Assembly (NCBI GenBank): GCA_013265495.1 | Contig: MU058570.1 | Location: 124,001-188,000, forward strand | DNA from: Vicugna vicugna | Taxonomy: Eukaryota | Length of the DNA stretch: 64,000 nt | Direction: 5' to 3' | Part shown: in pieces, positions 48,340 to 62,925 of the stretch | How positions within the stretch are numbered: position 1 is the first letter of the stretch | How the letters are laid out: every line of letters starts with the position of its first letter | Translations under genes and position numbers: made by a program | The notes under the pieces: model-generated | The model's input: the letters and a program-made list of their open reading frames with translations, nothing else | What the model was told of the DNA's origin: nothing | Databases searched by the model: none

Positions 48340-49030
48340 AAAAAACAGCTTTGTTGCGGTATAATTCATATACCATACAGTTAACCAACCCATGAAAAGT
48401 GTACAATTAAATGATTTTTTAATATATTCAGAGTTCTGCAACCATCACCATAATCAATTTCATCATGCCCAAAGAAGCCTCATACTCATTAGCCTATATT
48501 GGACATATCATAAAAGTTGAATCATACAATATGTCAATTTTTGTGTCTGGTTCTTTTCACTTAGCATATTTTCAATATACAGCCATGTTGTACATTGTAC
48601 AGTATATTAGTACTTTCCCCCTTTTAACTGCTGAATAATAATCTGTTGCATGGATATACCACATTTTGTTTATTCATTCATTAGTTGATGGACATCTGGG
48701 CTGGATCCATTTTTGGCTATTATGCATAATGTTGCTTTGAACATTTGTGCACAAGTTTTTGTGTGGACACATGTTTTCATTTCTTTTCACTCATATATTT
48801 AGGTGTGGGGTTGATGGGTTTGTTGGGTTTTTTTTAAGAAACATTTTTTTTTTCTTGGTGGAGGAATTAATAGGTTTATTTATTTATTTATTTAACATAG
48901 GCACTGGGGATTGAACCCAGGACCTTGTGCACACTAGGCACATGCTCTACCACTGAGCTATTCCCTCCCCTCTCCAATTGCGTATCTTCTTTGGACAAAT
49001 GTCTATCCAGATATTTTGCCCACATCTATT
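48340..49030 (-). mobile_element. L1M 3' end fragment hosting a SINE
   Basis: GGATATACCACATTTTGTTTATTCATTCATTAGTTGATGGACATCTGGGCT motif. Confidence 0.75.
48845..48970 (-). mobile_element. tRNA-derived SINE (vic-1-like)
   Basis: Same family; inserted in an L1 3' fragment. Confidence 0.85.
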
Positions 49031-52000
49031 CAGATACTTTAGTGGCTTCAGTGTAAATGAGAACCTCTTGGATGTGGTGGCTTTTTGCAGTGAACACCCT
49101 GTGCAACCTTGTGTGGCAGCTCTGACTTAGGAGGACCTAGCATTAAACCAGATCCATAAATACTTGGGGTGTGCCTTCTAGTGTTTAAGGCACTGTACTT
49201 GCCTATAGGCATTTGGGCAAGATTTAGGGGACGGGTGAATGTGCAGAAATGAATTGTAATGAGTTGATGAGCATCTACTGCATGGAATGCTCTTCTGGGG
49301 CCCTGTGATGAGTAACCCCCAGTCCTGGTCCTCAATGAGCTTAGAATCCAGTGTGAGATAGACAAATTGACACTTATAACCATTGTATAAATCAGCTGTC
49401 TTTATGGGTTACAGCCATTTCAGTGATAAAGTCAGAGTCCCTTGCTCAGCAGTCAGCGTCAGCCCCGTGACAAGCTGTCCCAAATAAGCACATTATTTAA
49501 ACCTGAGTGATGTTCCCCTGTCCCTGCATCCAGCATCCGAATCCCTGCCTTGTGGAGAGGTTCTGGAGCCACCACTGTTCGTAGCACAGACACAGGTTTG
49601 GAGTGAGTGGATTGGATGGTGGTATCCCAGATGAATCATGGGGTGGACAAATTGTGCTGTGGTGTCATAGGTAGGGCTCCCGGAAGTGTAAGGTCCAGCC
49701 AGAACCTTGGTCTCAAATGAGGGGTTGCATGTCGGTCTTTCAGATGTGTGGACCACGGAACCCTAGCATGGTTCTTAGCTGGATGCTGGATACAAATACA
49801 GAGTCACAGGCTACTGAATCAGAGCCTCATGGACCCAGGAACTTGCACCTTAACAAGCTCCCCAGGTGGGACCCATGTACAGTGAGGTCTGAGAACCGTC
49901 TGCTTAACCCATGCTTGCAAGCGCTGTTTGGGCAGCAGTTTCTCCCAGTGGCACATTTGACTCTGCAGAATGACCCTGCGCTTCCTGAAAAATATAGCCA
50001 CTCCAAGTTTTCTTAAGAACCCACCAAGCATATTCCTTGGAGTCATAAGAGGTGTTGATTGCTGGTTAAAACAACGCAACAATGCCCAAAGCCTCCCTCA
50101 TGTGCAGCAGCTGTGTGGAATTAAGGGTCTCCGCCCACCTCGGGATTCCCTGAGCAGAAAATGCAGTCATAGGTTATAAAAGCTCTCTCTGGGCGGCAGC
50201 CTCTTGCCTGTACAGGCGGTGGGGGAAGTCAGCCTGTGGCATGGAGTCTGTTTTGAAACCTGCTGCTTGGGTAGCTGTGAAGAGAAGCTTTATGGCCTCT
50301 GGAAGGTAAGCCCAGGATGAACAAGTGGGTTTGTAGAAAAAGCCAAGTTTCCAGGCGCAAAGAAGAGTCAGGGTCAGCTGTAAGTCTGGCTCCATAGAGA
50401 TAAACTCCACTGTGTGTTTAGTCTGCTCTTTGGAGAATACAACCCCCAGCCCTGGCCCCAGCCCCATCCATCCAAACTTGCTCTGCAGGACCATTTTTTA
50501 AAAAATGCAGTTTCAAAGGGGAAAATCAGGATCCTAAGCCAATTGTTTTTGTGGGGTGTCTGAGTAGCCCCATGTTAGGGACTGGGCATTTGCAAGTGCC
50601 TCAGTGGAATAACTTTTGGTTTCAAGCTATTCTTTTCTACTTTAGATGGATGGCTTTTCTAAAGTTACTGAGAGGCTGAATTGTAGCTTTGTTTTTAAGT
50701 CCTAAGTAGGGGGAAAGCTTGCATCTAACGTTAGGGTATACTTAAGCCGCATAGCCTGCCCAGGATAATGGCACCTGAAGGGAGGTTGGGCTATTGGTAT
50801 ATTTCATGGGCTCTGGAGGCTGTAGTTAGAAAAAGAAGCTTGAAATTGAATTTAAAAGGTCAGAAAAAAGAAGTAAAGTGCAGGACCATGTGGGGTTCAT
50901 GGGGACCCTGCCGCTCTACCCACGGGACAGGCCAGTCTGCAGCGGTAACTGAATCACCATGGCAACACCACCCAGTCGCTGTAATTTTGGTCTTGGCTAG
51001 GAAGAAGCCAGATGGAAGCTATTTTTGTTGATAGTAAACTCTTAGGTTTCTGTTTTCAATTCAGTTCAGGTGTTGGGTGTTGATGCTGGTTGCTGGCTGT
51101 AATGTATCTGGAGCAAGCCAGGACTGAGTCCTGTCAAATGCGAGCACTAAATAAGACAGTGCTTCCCTGGGCATCTGCTCTGGTGTGTTCACCCTTGATT
51201 CAGGTCACCTATTAGCCTGGAACACCTCTCTCCTTGGCCACCCAGCCTGGGGCATCATTGCAGCCTACCAAAGCCCCCAGAATGACTGCCTCACTGAAGT
51301 CCTGCCTCAAAGCTCCATCTACTTATTGGGACCTCATGGGCTGTTTCTAATTCCCTTCCATGGCAGGCCACCACTGCTCTGAAGAAAAGGTTTGGTGAGA
51401 GAACCCCCTTGGCTTTGAACCCAGAGATGTCCCTGTTTCTCTTCCCCAGTGTTGGGTTGGCTTAGGAGGCTGCACCTAACTTAGGAAAAGGTGGGTGGGA
51501 ATGAAGAAGCCAAAGAACCTGGCTTTTCCCATGTCTGCTTGGGAGCTGGATGAAAAGTTGTGAATGCTGAGTTTGATTTTTGATAAAGGGAATTCTTCCC
51601 CCACCCCTCCCCAGTTTTTAAGATGCAGTGAATTCCTTGCCTTCAGATGGCCAAACACGTTGACAGTAGGGAACAATTTGTACATTCTCATGACTCACAC
51701 TGAATTAACTCAGCACCTCGTGTGACATAGCTACTCCGAGTATTGATTAAAATGAGAAGCAGTTTCTCTGGCATTTGAAAGTCTTCAGAAAATGGCAGGT
51801 ATGCGTGTGAGAGGACCATAGCCTCTGCCGAGTGCTACAGCAAGCGTAGACCACGCGTAATCCTGACTGGGAGGGAACTAAAACAGGCCTAAGGTGCCAG
51901 GCGCCTTGATCCTGGAGAATCTGAGCTGAGAGGGGCTTCATGGTGGTCTAGCCAGCCTACCTACCACTCTTGCTCTTTAGCAAAACGACAGGAGTACTCT

Positions 52001-52179
52001 TTCCCTTACAGGCACTACAATTGAACCCCAGATGTCAGAGTTTTCCATAATTAGTTAGTGATTGGGTGGTTGAGAGGGACTGAAACTGATCATGTGGGCC
52101 GTCCCATTTCATCCACTTTCCCATGGCAGAGACAGCTGTAGAAGATTGCCTGCAGAAGATTGCCAGTCCTGGGAGGGAG

Positions 52180-52308
52180 GCGTGGGAGGTAGGAAGTGCT
52201 CAGGGGTACAGAGCATGCTTGGCATGCACGAGGTCCTGGATTCAATCCCCAGTACCTCCATTAAGAAAAAGAAAAGTTTAAAAAAGTAAAATAAATAAAT
52301 AAATAAAA
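52180..52308 (+). mobile_element. tRNA-derived SINE (vic-1-like), diverged
   Basis: GCTCAGGGGTACAGAGCATGCTTGGCATGCACGAGGTCCTGGATTCAATCCCCAGTACCTCC followed by an A-rich tail. Confidence 0.8.
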
Positions 52309-53154
52309 GTTGTTAGCCTGGACTACAGGAACAGTTTTCTTTGGATTTTATTTCCAATTCTCAGTGTGTGTTCTCTTAGGCTCTTTAACAATCAAATGCT
52401 TCATGTACAGATGCAGCTGGTAGGGCCCCAACTGGCTGGTTTATTTCTCCACACAGTCTCTCTTTCAGAGGGAGTCACTTCCTTTTGGCCACTCTCCAGC
52501 TGTGGCTCTATCGACCGCTCGTCTCCACGTGGCACAGATACGGAAAACCCTAAAAGACTCCTTCGTGATCCCAAAGGCTGTGTTGGTAGAGGAGCCCAGC
52601 TTGGTCTGCCCTTCCATGTCCATTAAATTATCATTGCTTTTGGCAGAAAGCCTTCAACCACATTCATTCTTGGCATTGGTCCCCAAGAGCCAGTTGGCAC
52701 ACTTAAAGCTAGAGCTTTGAGTGGCACCTCTGTGGGGAGCTTCAGTCCACCTCCATCACCTTTTAATTATAACCTTATGAATTATGCATCCATGAAGATG
52801 GCAAACACTGTGTCAGATGCACAATTTTTCTCCATCTAATTTTCTCTAACATAGAACTGTGGATGACAGGTTTGCTCCCTTGCCTTTTACTATTGGTTTG
52901 ATTCCTTGGTCTTTTTTTTTTTCTAGATGTCTGAAGGCCATTCTGAATAGCAGGAGTAAGAAGATAGAAGCAGTTTGTGGAAGGGAGCTTATTTGGGATG
53001 TGTTCTCTGCCAGACTTGTGCTAGACTAGATTCATTTTCTTTAATCCTTATAACCTGATCTGAAATGTCTTCTCAGTTAAGGCTCATAGAGGGTTAAATC
53101 ATCCTGAGTCTGTTATCATTGCAACCCTCTGGGAACAGTGTTTTCTAAATGATG

Positions 53155-53162
<8 letters not shown>

Positions 53163-53208
<46 letters not shown>
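53163..53208. repeat. (AC)23 microsatellite within a TA/CA-rich tract (53155-53285)
   Basis: Read directly from the sequence. Confidence 0.97.
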
Positions 53209-53211
<3 letters not shown>

Positions 53212-56132
53212 TATATACATACATAAAATATACAGATAAATATATATATTATATACACACACACATATTGTATATATAGTCTATGTGTAGTTATTACATT
53301 TCTAAAACTGTGGGAAAGTGTTGGATTATTATGGCACATAAAATAGAAGCCAAAATTTCCACATTTTCCATTTATCTCCTTTATTTTTACTCAAGAGGTA
53401 CACTGCTGTGGTTGCTGGTTTTAATGTTGAGTTTACTTGAGATCAGTCCACCAAGAGCTGGACTTAGAATCCTTGGCTGTAGCTCTGCTGGTCCTGAGAT
53501 GGAGTTTCAGGGTCTCTGTTTTATTAAGGTCAAGAGGGTAAGTTGAGTGAACTTTGAGTCTTCTCGACTGGTTGAGACTAGAATCCTCCATCTAGGGACT
53601 GGGAGCCACTAGGATTTGTAGCAAACTGTTGAGTTACTGATCCGAGTCATTATGCATGGGCTGGTGCCTTTATTCAAGCACGCACTGAGCTTGTATTTTG
53701 TAATAGCTTGGAGCCTTGGAGCTTGCGATTAATTCCATCTTGGCACTAAGGCTCAGAGCCTGGTGGGAGATGGCTTTGAGACCAAGTACACCTAGAAGCA
53801 GGTTTCATATTCATCTTTCCCCTTCCTTTGTTCTTTCTTTCTTCTCTTTCCCCTCTTCTGCCAGTAGCATCCACACCATTTCTTTGGTATCCCACTAAGT
53901 CCCCAGGATAAAGAAATTGGCTGTGTGGAAGTACTCACATCCTGGTGGGTACTGCATCCCAGAGGAAAGTCAGTGGGACTGACAGCTAATGCCAACAAAT
54001 AGGAAGTCCCAGTTCTTCTTCCCACGCAGTGGGCAGGCTGAGTCCCAGCCAGCCAGCTGTCCAGGCACCTTATTGGCAGTTTGCCTATGATTTCCCCAAA
54101 CCTTACCAAATGTTTTAGAAAATGAAATTAAATTTTTGGAGACTCCAAAAGATACTTGGGAATATGTCTGTTTTTTGAAATTTCAACATCAGATTGTTCC
54201 TAGGTACTTGGGATTTAGGGATAGTCTCAGTGTTCTTAAATCAAAATACGAGCGGCCTTGTCCAGCAAACAGGGTATGTGTTGATATTTATTTCCTTTGT
54301 TCACCTTAAGAATGAGCAGGTCACTCCTGTCAAATCCAAATCTCAAGACGGCCTCTCTGAGTTTAAAGGTGACAGTTGCCAGGAACCAAGATCATAGGTG
54401 GTTCTGTGGTGCCCGGGGTTCTTCCTGGCTCACCCTGTGGGCTCCCCAGAACTCAGAGAACCTTACTCAGCCCTCCCCAGGACCTCTCACCAGGCAAGGT
54501 AGCAGATACCTTCAAGGAAATAGCTCACAGCCTCTCTTAACTAGACACTGGAGAAGTGCTATTACACAAAAGACCACAAACTGAGTAACACAAACCCTCT
54601 GAAATAGAAGTCCTGGAACAGACAGGTCAAGGGCTTGCAATAGGCATGAGCAATACACGTGAGATAAGGAACAGTGTGAGCAGCAAGAACAAGAAATCAA
54701 AGAGCCAAGGACAAACAGAACAGTACAGATAAAGGGCACAGTCATAGGATAGACAGTCATAGATGTAGCCAAAGAGTGAGTGATGCAATGAAAGCAGAGA
54801 AAAGAGGAAAAAAAAAAGAGGAAGTAAACGTAAGATAGGAAAGCTGGCTTCCATGTCTGGGAGACCAAAGGGAAAATTGGGTACCACAGCTGGCCGGAGA
54901 CGGGGGCTAGGCTCAGCACGGCATGAGTGTCCACAGAGGCACTGTTTGACTTGCGTATCACTTAGGAAAATTGAGACTGAAATTAGATAATTGAGTTTGA
55001 GCTTCTTTTGAAGGTGGGGGAGAAAATCGGGAAGACCTCCACAAAACCAGCTTCCTGCCTCATCTTACAGTCCACTTGGGCGTGTGATCTGTTTGACCCT
55101 GGAAGGGCAGAATGTGCATATCCTCTAACCAGAGCAGAGAGTGCCTTGCTAAAAGTATTGAACTATATAAACTATATTAAATGACATCCCTTAAAATCAC
55201 AGTGAACCAGGCACAACTTTTGAGTTGGGACAAGTTACTGATCCAACCAACAGCTGCCACGGTCCAGGAGTGATTGATGCTGGGCAGGGAAAGCCCTGAG
55301 CTTCCAGGTGGGCTGCAGCTCTGGTCACCCTACGTAGACACTTTAGCAGAAGGTGTGACTTTCAGGAAGAGATGGGTAGTCAGGCCTGCTGGCAAGCCTG
55401 GACAACTGTTCATCTTACTGTTGAAAATTCTAAGTTACCTGCAGATGACTGGGGTCTTAATGTCAGTGTATTTCATAAGCATTTCATCCTCTGCTTAGAG
55501 CTGTCATACTGCCCAAGGGCAGCCTCCAAGCACATTTTCTTGTGAGGAAGGAGGGAGGAAAGCTTGAGGTGTCTGAATGGTACTGCAGCTTTAGAGGATG
55601 TCAGCTTTTTCTCAGGGGGCAAGTTGCAGGCCCAGGGCAGAGATGAGCGCACATGTGGTGGTGTAGGCTGTGTATTCACCGATACCGCTTCCCCCAGTGC
55701 TGGAGGCAAGGGGCTCAAAACAGGGCTCAGGGTGGGAGGTGCCACCTCACCTATTTCCAGGTGATCCTGCAACCTTGGGGTTCATGGAAGTAAGCTCTGA
55801 GGTGTCAATGAAACGCCCACAGTCAAATGTAAGGTTTTAAAATTTTGTGTGCATTTTTCTGGTAAACCAGACACACTGGATTCCCAGAGGTGTTTTTTTG
55901 AAACCCCAAATGGCCAAAACCATTTTTTCTGTTTGGAGGTCATGGAATGAATACTGGTCCTGAGAACAAAGGAAAGAATGGAAGGTTTTTTTCATCTTTT
56001 GCCCTCGTTCAATGGAAGCGCTGCTGCCTCCTCCACTCTTCCTGACTGCCTGTGTTTGTGCATTTATGCATGGTTGTGCTAGGGCAAGCTGACAAGCCCA
56101 GATGGCTTGGTTTAACTCTCTAAAAAAGAAAA

Positions 56133-56248
56133 TTCTTTTTGGCAGAGAGGTAATTAAGTTTATTTTTAATGGAGGTACTGGGGATTGCACCCATGACCTC
56201 TTACATGTTATGCAAGCACTCCACCACTGAGCTATACCCTCTTCCCCC
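56133..56248 (-). mobile_element. tRNA-derived SINE (vic-1-like), diverged
   Basis: Same family motif on the reverse strand. Confidence 0.8.
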
Positions 56249-58699
56249 AGGGAGCTGTTTATAATTGCAGGAATGTCACTGGCTCTAACACTGATTGCTG
56301 GTAAAGGTATTGGAGTGCTTATTCTACATTAGGCATGGGCATAAGCGCTGCATGTGTGAGCACTTTTATCGTCGCGACAAACTTGGGGATAAATACTATT
56401 ATCCTCACACGAGATGAAGAAAAGTGGTGAGGTTCCTTCAAATGAGGGCACTCTGCACTGCTGTCTTTAAAGTCCAATGGAGGGTCTTCCGTTCAGGGAG
56501 AGCCCAGAATGCATCGACTCCCCTTCCTCCCCTCCAATGAGTTTAAAGAAAAAAATAAAAATAGAGCTTTTTGAGTTCTTCCTGGACATCACTAGATGGC
56601 GGTGTGCCAAAGGCTATTGCCTACCAGGATGCTAACTGCTGAGGAACACGCTTGTTTCGTTCCGGAGTGTAGAAAATCTGCCTAATAGTTTGAAAGAAGA
56701 ATTTTCGGAGTGAGCCAGAAACCTCTCCTAAACTCCTGATCCCCACCCCACCCGCCTTGTCCCAGAACAATTCAAAGTGAGTGTTTCACATTTTGGCTAA
56801 ATAGTGCTTTCTGCCTGCCCGTCACCTGGCGTAATTCTGGGTTTTCTTCTGCAGAGCATCTGCGACGAGTGTGATCACCGTGCCCTCAGCAAGTCGCAAC
56901 AGTTTGGCAGTGGCAGTGAGGCATTTTATCTTAACATCTTCACAAAATTCTTACGGTGCCCAGGGTCTGTTTGCACTGAAGTCTTGCAATACGTTGTAGT
57001 GCAGAGCCCACAAGTGCGTGTGTTGGAGCATGCTATTGCTGACATCAGTCACGAGACAAGAATATTATGACTGTTTGCCTTTTCCCCATCATGTCCTCTG
57101 AAATGAAATTCTGCTTGGGTTTTCCCTGCTGTTATCAGTAGCTTGCAGGCACCTCCCCAAATGTAGGCTAACAGTCAAAATGTATTTTGTTATCACCAGG
57201 AGCTGGCTCTTTCCTAGCTCTGTGTGAATACTGCAACGAGACCAAAGCAATCGCATTCAATTACGAGTTTTTCTTTAAGTATTAGTACAACTTTAATGAC
57301 TGTTGCTATTTCCATGGGGCCTTAAATGTATTTTTATTGCACCCTTTCCAGCAGTTAGACACTGAGATGAGTGTATAGTCTAAAAGCCTCATCTAAAATC
57401 ATGTATAATTCACGTACTAAATGGCTAAACTGGAACGGTGCCCCTTCTCCTTTACATGGGAATTTAGAACAATAGGATTATTAAGTGGTCAGATTGTCTC
57501 ACCTGTGCTAGATGAAAATGTCCTGCAGTCTTGAGCAGTTCGTTTCCAGCAGAGAATTAAAGGCCAAGGATGAATCACTGCTCGTGATCATTGCACGTGA
57601 CATGTGTTCAGGGTTCTTTGCAGTTCTGTGACAGGTGTGTAGCAGAGTTTTGGGTTCAGTGGAAGAGGGTCTCAATTCTAACAGTACTGATTTGAGGCTT
57701 CCTTTAATGGTACCTGGTATTACTGTTTCCCTTAATGGTACCTGGTATTACTCTTTATAGCAACCCTTCCTTTGGAAAACACAGACTAGCAGTATCGTGA
57801 CTTAGGGTATTTTTGCATCTACCAGAAGATGTACACTATCCCATTTTGCAAGTGTGACAGTGACTACCAAAATGCTTTCCTTAACTAAGTATATTGTTAT
57901 TTGTTATTTCTGCAAAGCACACTGTGCCATTGGACATCCTGTTAAACAATTCTTGTCATTGTCTTTGTGTGCTGATGACACTTAGCCTCTTCACAGCACC
58001 TACTTTCAGACTCCCTGTGTCCAACCTGTTCTCACTTTGTGTTGTCTCCTTGCAGTTGCTGAGTTGAGTATCATTTCATGGTCACATGTTCTTCCCCTTT
58101 TTCCTAAAATTCATTCCCATTCCACCCTAACCTTTGTAGTGCATTTAGTAATATGTTCTTATATATGCATGACTCAAGACACAGTGGAATGTATTCCAAA
58201 TTACATAAGTGGTTCCACATTATGGATCTCAGCTTTTTCTCCACTCAGTGCCTGTTTAAGATGTATGCACAGCTACGTGAATATATTTTATTCATGACAG
58301 ATAACTGCAACATGGTGTTCGAGAGTATTTCCTTATCTGATTCCCAAGTGATGGTCACTCTATCAGTTAAGGTAATAATAGCTAATGGATCAAACATGAT
58401 AAATTTATTACTAGGAGTACCAAACAGTTACTCCTAAGAGCAGGCATCTCTCTTCTAAAGCAGGGCTTTGAGGATCCATGCACCTGTCTTTGTAGCTCTG
58501 TCATCTTCAAATGAAGATTTCCGAGGCTGCCGAGGTTTCTGGTAATAAGGAAGGGGAAAGTGGACAGGATTGTACCTGGAGGATTATCTGAGCCATGCCT
58601 AGAACAGATCACCTCTATCAAGTTCCATTGACCAGAGCTTGGCCACAGGCCACACCTAACGCCAGGGAGGCTGGAAAGCTATTGTAAGTGGGATTGGTT

Positions 58700-59610
58700 T
58701 TTACATTTCAGTTTTTCAGTTAATGTATAGATGAGCAACTGTTCTTTTTCAATGTTGATCTTGTATTTTGTGACCTGACTAAATTCACTTGTTCTAGTGG
58801 TTGATTTATAGATTCTTTAAAGTTGTTTACACAATCATGTCATCTTTGAAAAGAGGAAGTTTGATCTTTCTCTTCGGATCACAGTATCTTCTTTTTCTTG
58901 TGTTATCGCAGAGACTACAATTTTGAATACGAGGTTGAATAGACATAATAAGAGTAGATATCCTTGCTATGTTACTGACCTTAGGGAGAAAGCATTCAGC
59001 GTTTCATCTTTGAGTATGATGTTAGCTGTTGGTGTACTGTTGATGCATTTTTGGATTGAGGAAATTCCCTGCTATTCTTAGTATGCCGAGTGGTTTTTAT
59101 TTCTTTTATCATGAATTACTGTAGGATTTTATTAAGGGCCTTTTCTACATCTATTGAAATAATCATGTGATTTTCCCCCCTTTACTATGTTAATATGAGG
59201 AGTCTTATCAAATGATTTTCAGTCTTCAACCAACTTTGCATTTTGGACATTAACTCCATTTACTCACAATATATTGATTTGTTAATATTTAGCTAAGGAG
59301 TTTTGCATGTGTGTTCATTTGAGATATCGGTCTACATTACTCTTTTCCTTCATTGTCTTAGTCTAGTGCTGGTATTGGGGAAATGTTGGCTTCATAAAAT
59401 AAGTTGAATTGTTTCCTACTCCATTTTCTGAAAGAGTTGGTGTAAGACTGATATTTTTTTTTCCTCCTTTAATGTTGGATAGAATATGTTAATAAAACCA
59501 TCTGGGTCTGGAGTCTTGTTTTTGAGAAATTTTAATAGTTCATTTCTTTAATAGATACAGGCATTCAGATTTCTCATTTCTTCTTGTATCAGCTTTAGTA
59601 AGTTAGGCAA
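58700..59610 (-). mobile_element. Old L1 ORF2 fragment
   Basis: TGACCTTAGGGAGAAAGCATTCAG and TTTTCTACATCTATTGAAATAATCATGTG motifs. Confidence 0.75.
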
Positions 59611-60313
59611 CACTCCTGCCTCTTTAGTTACATCACTGGAGCTCTCATGTGCTTTTTCTTAACACGCATCCAAAGCCTTAACCTGCCTTCAAGACCCAAC
59701 TTGTATATCCATTTATGAAGCCTTTTGCATTTGGACTGTCAGTTACAGGTTCCCACCTTTGCACAAGAAGAAGTTCAAGTGATGTTGATCTAAGGGATAA
59801 GTAGACCCAGGGACTTGGATGTCATTGGTAATCCCTGGCTTTGGTATCTAGCCTTCTTTGCATGATGATTTTTGTTCTCTCAGGCTCCCTCTCTGTACTG
59901 AGGAAGCTGGAACCAAATCTCCAGGCAGCTCCTGACTTAGGTTTTTCACAGCCATATGATCAGAGAGGAAAAAGAGCATTTCCTTGACAACTTCAGTAAT
60001 AGAATGCCAGGGAGGGACTCCAACTGGCCTGAATTTGAACGGGGGAAAGGACACATGACACATCAATGTTTAGTTCAGCCTGTGACTGGCAAGTTGACTA
60101 GAATTATATGTCTGGAGGTGAGTGGAGGAGCAATCTTCCAAAAGGAGAAGAGAGAGGCATTCCTCTCTGTGCCACAATATCAATACATGCTCATTATTCC
60201 TTCCCTGGCAGATGCTACACCCACTGACCTGTTACCCATGGCACATTTTACATATACTGGACTGTTACACAGAGCATGCCTGTGTCCCTTAGAGTCTGAC
60301 ATGGGATAATCTT

Positions 60314-60815
60314 TTGTTTTTTTTTATGGAAATACTGTCAGTTACAATGTGTCAGTTTCTGGTGTGCAGCACAATGTCCAAGTCATGCATATACATACAT
60401 ATATTTGTTTTTATATTTTCTCCATTAAAGACAATTATAAGACATTGAACATAGTTCCCTATGCTATACAGAAGAAAAAAAATTAAAATCTATTTTTATG
60501 TATAGTGGCTAACATTTGTAAATCTCAAACTCCCAGATTTACCCTCTCTCATCCCCTTTCCCTGGTAACCATAAAATTGTTTACTAAGTCTGTAAGTTTG
60601 TTTCTGTTTTGTAGACGAGTTCATCGTGTCTTTTTTTTTTTTAGATTCTACATATGAGTGATATATGGTATTTTTCTTTCTTTTTCTAACTTACTTCACT
60701 TAGAATGACGATCTCTAGGTCCACCCATGTTGCTACAAATGTCATTATTTTATTCTTTTTTATGGGCGAGTAGTATTCCATTGTATACATATACCACAAC
60801 TTCTTTATCCAGTCA
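60314..60815 (-). mobile_element. 5'-truncated younger L1 with TSD
   Basis: L1 3' UTR flanked by tctgac(a/c)tgggataatctt at 60295-60313 and 60816-60834. Confidence 0.85.
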
Positions 60816-62925
60816 TCTGACCTGGGATAATCTTATTTCACCCAACCAAGTTTTCTCTAAAAAAAAGGTTAGAAGTGTTTAAACATCAGTGCATCCTGAC
60901 TCGCAAGTGAACCTGGGGCAAAGTTAAAGTCAGATGCAAGATGTCTTGATGGGTTGTAGTGTGACTGCTTGGAGAGCTGTCTCTGCGCAAAAGAACAACT
61001 GGAAAGGCAGAGCATGCTTGGGCTGAGTTCATGGTGACTGTGATGGGCGGTTTCTGGTTGGAGCACTGGATTAGGCTGCTTCTTCCTGGAGTCAGCACCA
61101 CTACTTACTAGTGACAGGTCAGCCCCTGTTGAGGCTGCCTTATAACTTCCGTATGTGTAAGATCCACGACACAGGTGTTACACTCAGATAGCTACCATCT
61201 TTAATGTCTTCAGACCTGTTTGTGCTACAGGAATCACTATCCTTATAGGAAAAAAATTGTAACGGCTCACCTTTGCTTAATGAACTTGAGCGAGAAAGTG
61301 GTTAATGGAGTAAGGTTTTAGACTGAGATGCTTGGCTGACCAAAAGTGTTTCGTGACTGTGTCAGTGTTACAAAATCACTAGGAATGAAGAATGAAATTA
61401 ATATATACTTGTTTATAAGAAAAGAAAGGAATGAACCTCAAGCTCTTGACTTCATTCATAATTGACTTCCATACTGGGCCAGTGGTAATATAGTCAGAGA
61501 TTTGGTTACATAAGTATGGTCAGAGGCCAGAGTTCCCCCTGGGTTTTTTTTTTTTTTTTGCTGCTGCTTATGTGCTGGCCATTTTGATAAAGTGTTTTCC
61601 CAAGAGAAGATGATGGGTTGGCTTTCAAATCTAGTTGAACATAACTTAAGGTAAACAGTTCTGATAACTGGAATAAGCTGAAACATAAGGAAGAGCTTCA
61701 GTTTATCAGTGGAATAAATCCATCATTTGCACCTTTGCCCAACTGAATGTCACAGGCAAAGGCAGACACTTTGCTGCCACCAAAGTGATGAGGGACCCTG
61801 AGTTGTATCTTGACTCGGCCACACCTTTCCTGGGAGCTGGTCGAGGGAGCTCCACACCCAGGAACAAGAGGGCGTGGGAGAGCAGCCACATCTTCAGCTG
61901 AGTCTGACATAGGCTCCCAAGGCTGCCGTACAGAATCTGAAAAGATGGGCTGGGCTTGAAGCCTGAGTAGGCCCTCTTCTCTTAAGCCCCAAACCCCAAT
62001 CTTCGGACCTTGTTTCCTCTGCCCAGCCTCATGGTAACAAATCCAAAAGTGCATAAGCCGGAGGGTGCACAGGGAAGGAAGAGAGATCTCTGTGGGGCTT
62101 ATTCTAGAAATAACACAGAAAGTGACCATACTTGGGCAGCAATCATTTTTAACAGACACACAACGTGGTTACTAACCTTCTGAAACGCACGAGGCGCTGT
62201 AGGAGAGTGGCAGTGGGAGGGGCATCGGATGCCTTATGCATGGCCTCACATCCACTCGCCCTGGCCTCTGATTACAGGTGCAGCAAGAGTGCCCAGTTGC
62301 CAGGGGTCAGCACCTCCGGGCAGGGCCACACCTGCCCTGGAGCTGCTCTTACCTCCCCGGGGTGGGGGGCTGTGGGAAACCACCTCACACGGCTGTACAC
62401 ACAATCCTCATGGGTGAGGGTTATGGCCCCACGGGGCACCCCAACCCCAGTGGCCCACAGTGTGACCAGCTCAGTGATGAGGACGCATCTGGGGATGGCT
62501 TTCCCTCCTCACCTCATGCCGCCCTTCCCCTCACTGCTGATCCCCAGAACCCTTGTCAAGTTCATGACCAGCAAATAAGTTTTGTCTCAGCTCCACTTTC
62601 AGGGAGCAAAACCTAGGCAGGAGGTCGTCTGAGGTACCTGCTGCAGAAGGCGATTTTGAAGTGGCTGTTTTGGACCATTATTCCAGTTATGTTCATTAGC
62701 AGAGACTCACCCTCCACCTTTCAGCTAGTCCCTCAGGACCATGGCTCTCTGTCTCTGCCCCGGCACCTCCCCCAGGCACATGCCCCGCCCTGAGACAGTG
62801 CTCATGGCTCAAACTGAGAACAACACACCAAGCAGGGACCCTGAGCCACTGGAAATGGAGGGTTCCCTACAGGGGGAAAGGGGGCATCAAACAGATGCAG
62901 AATTCTGTTTTGGGAGACTTCAGTC

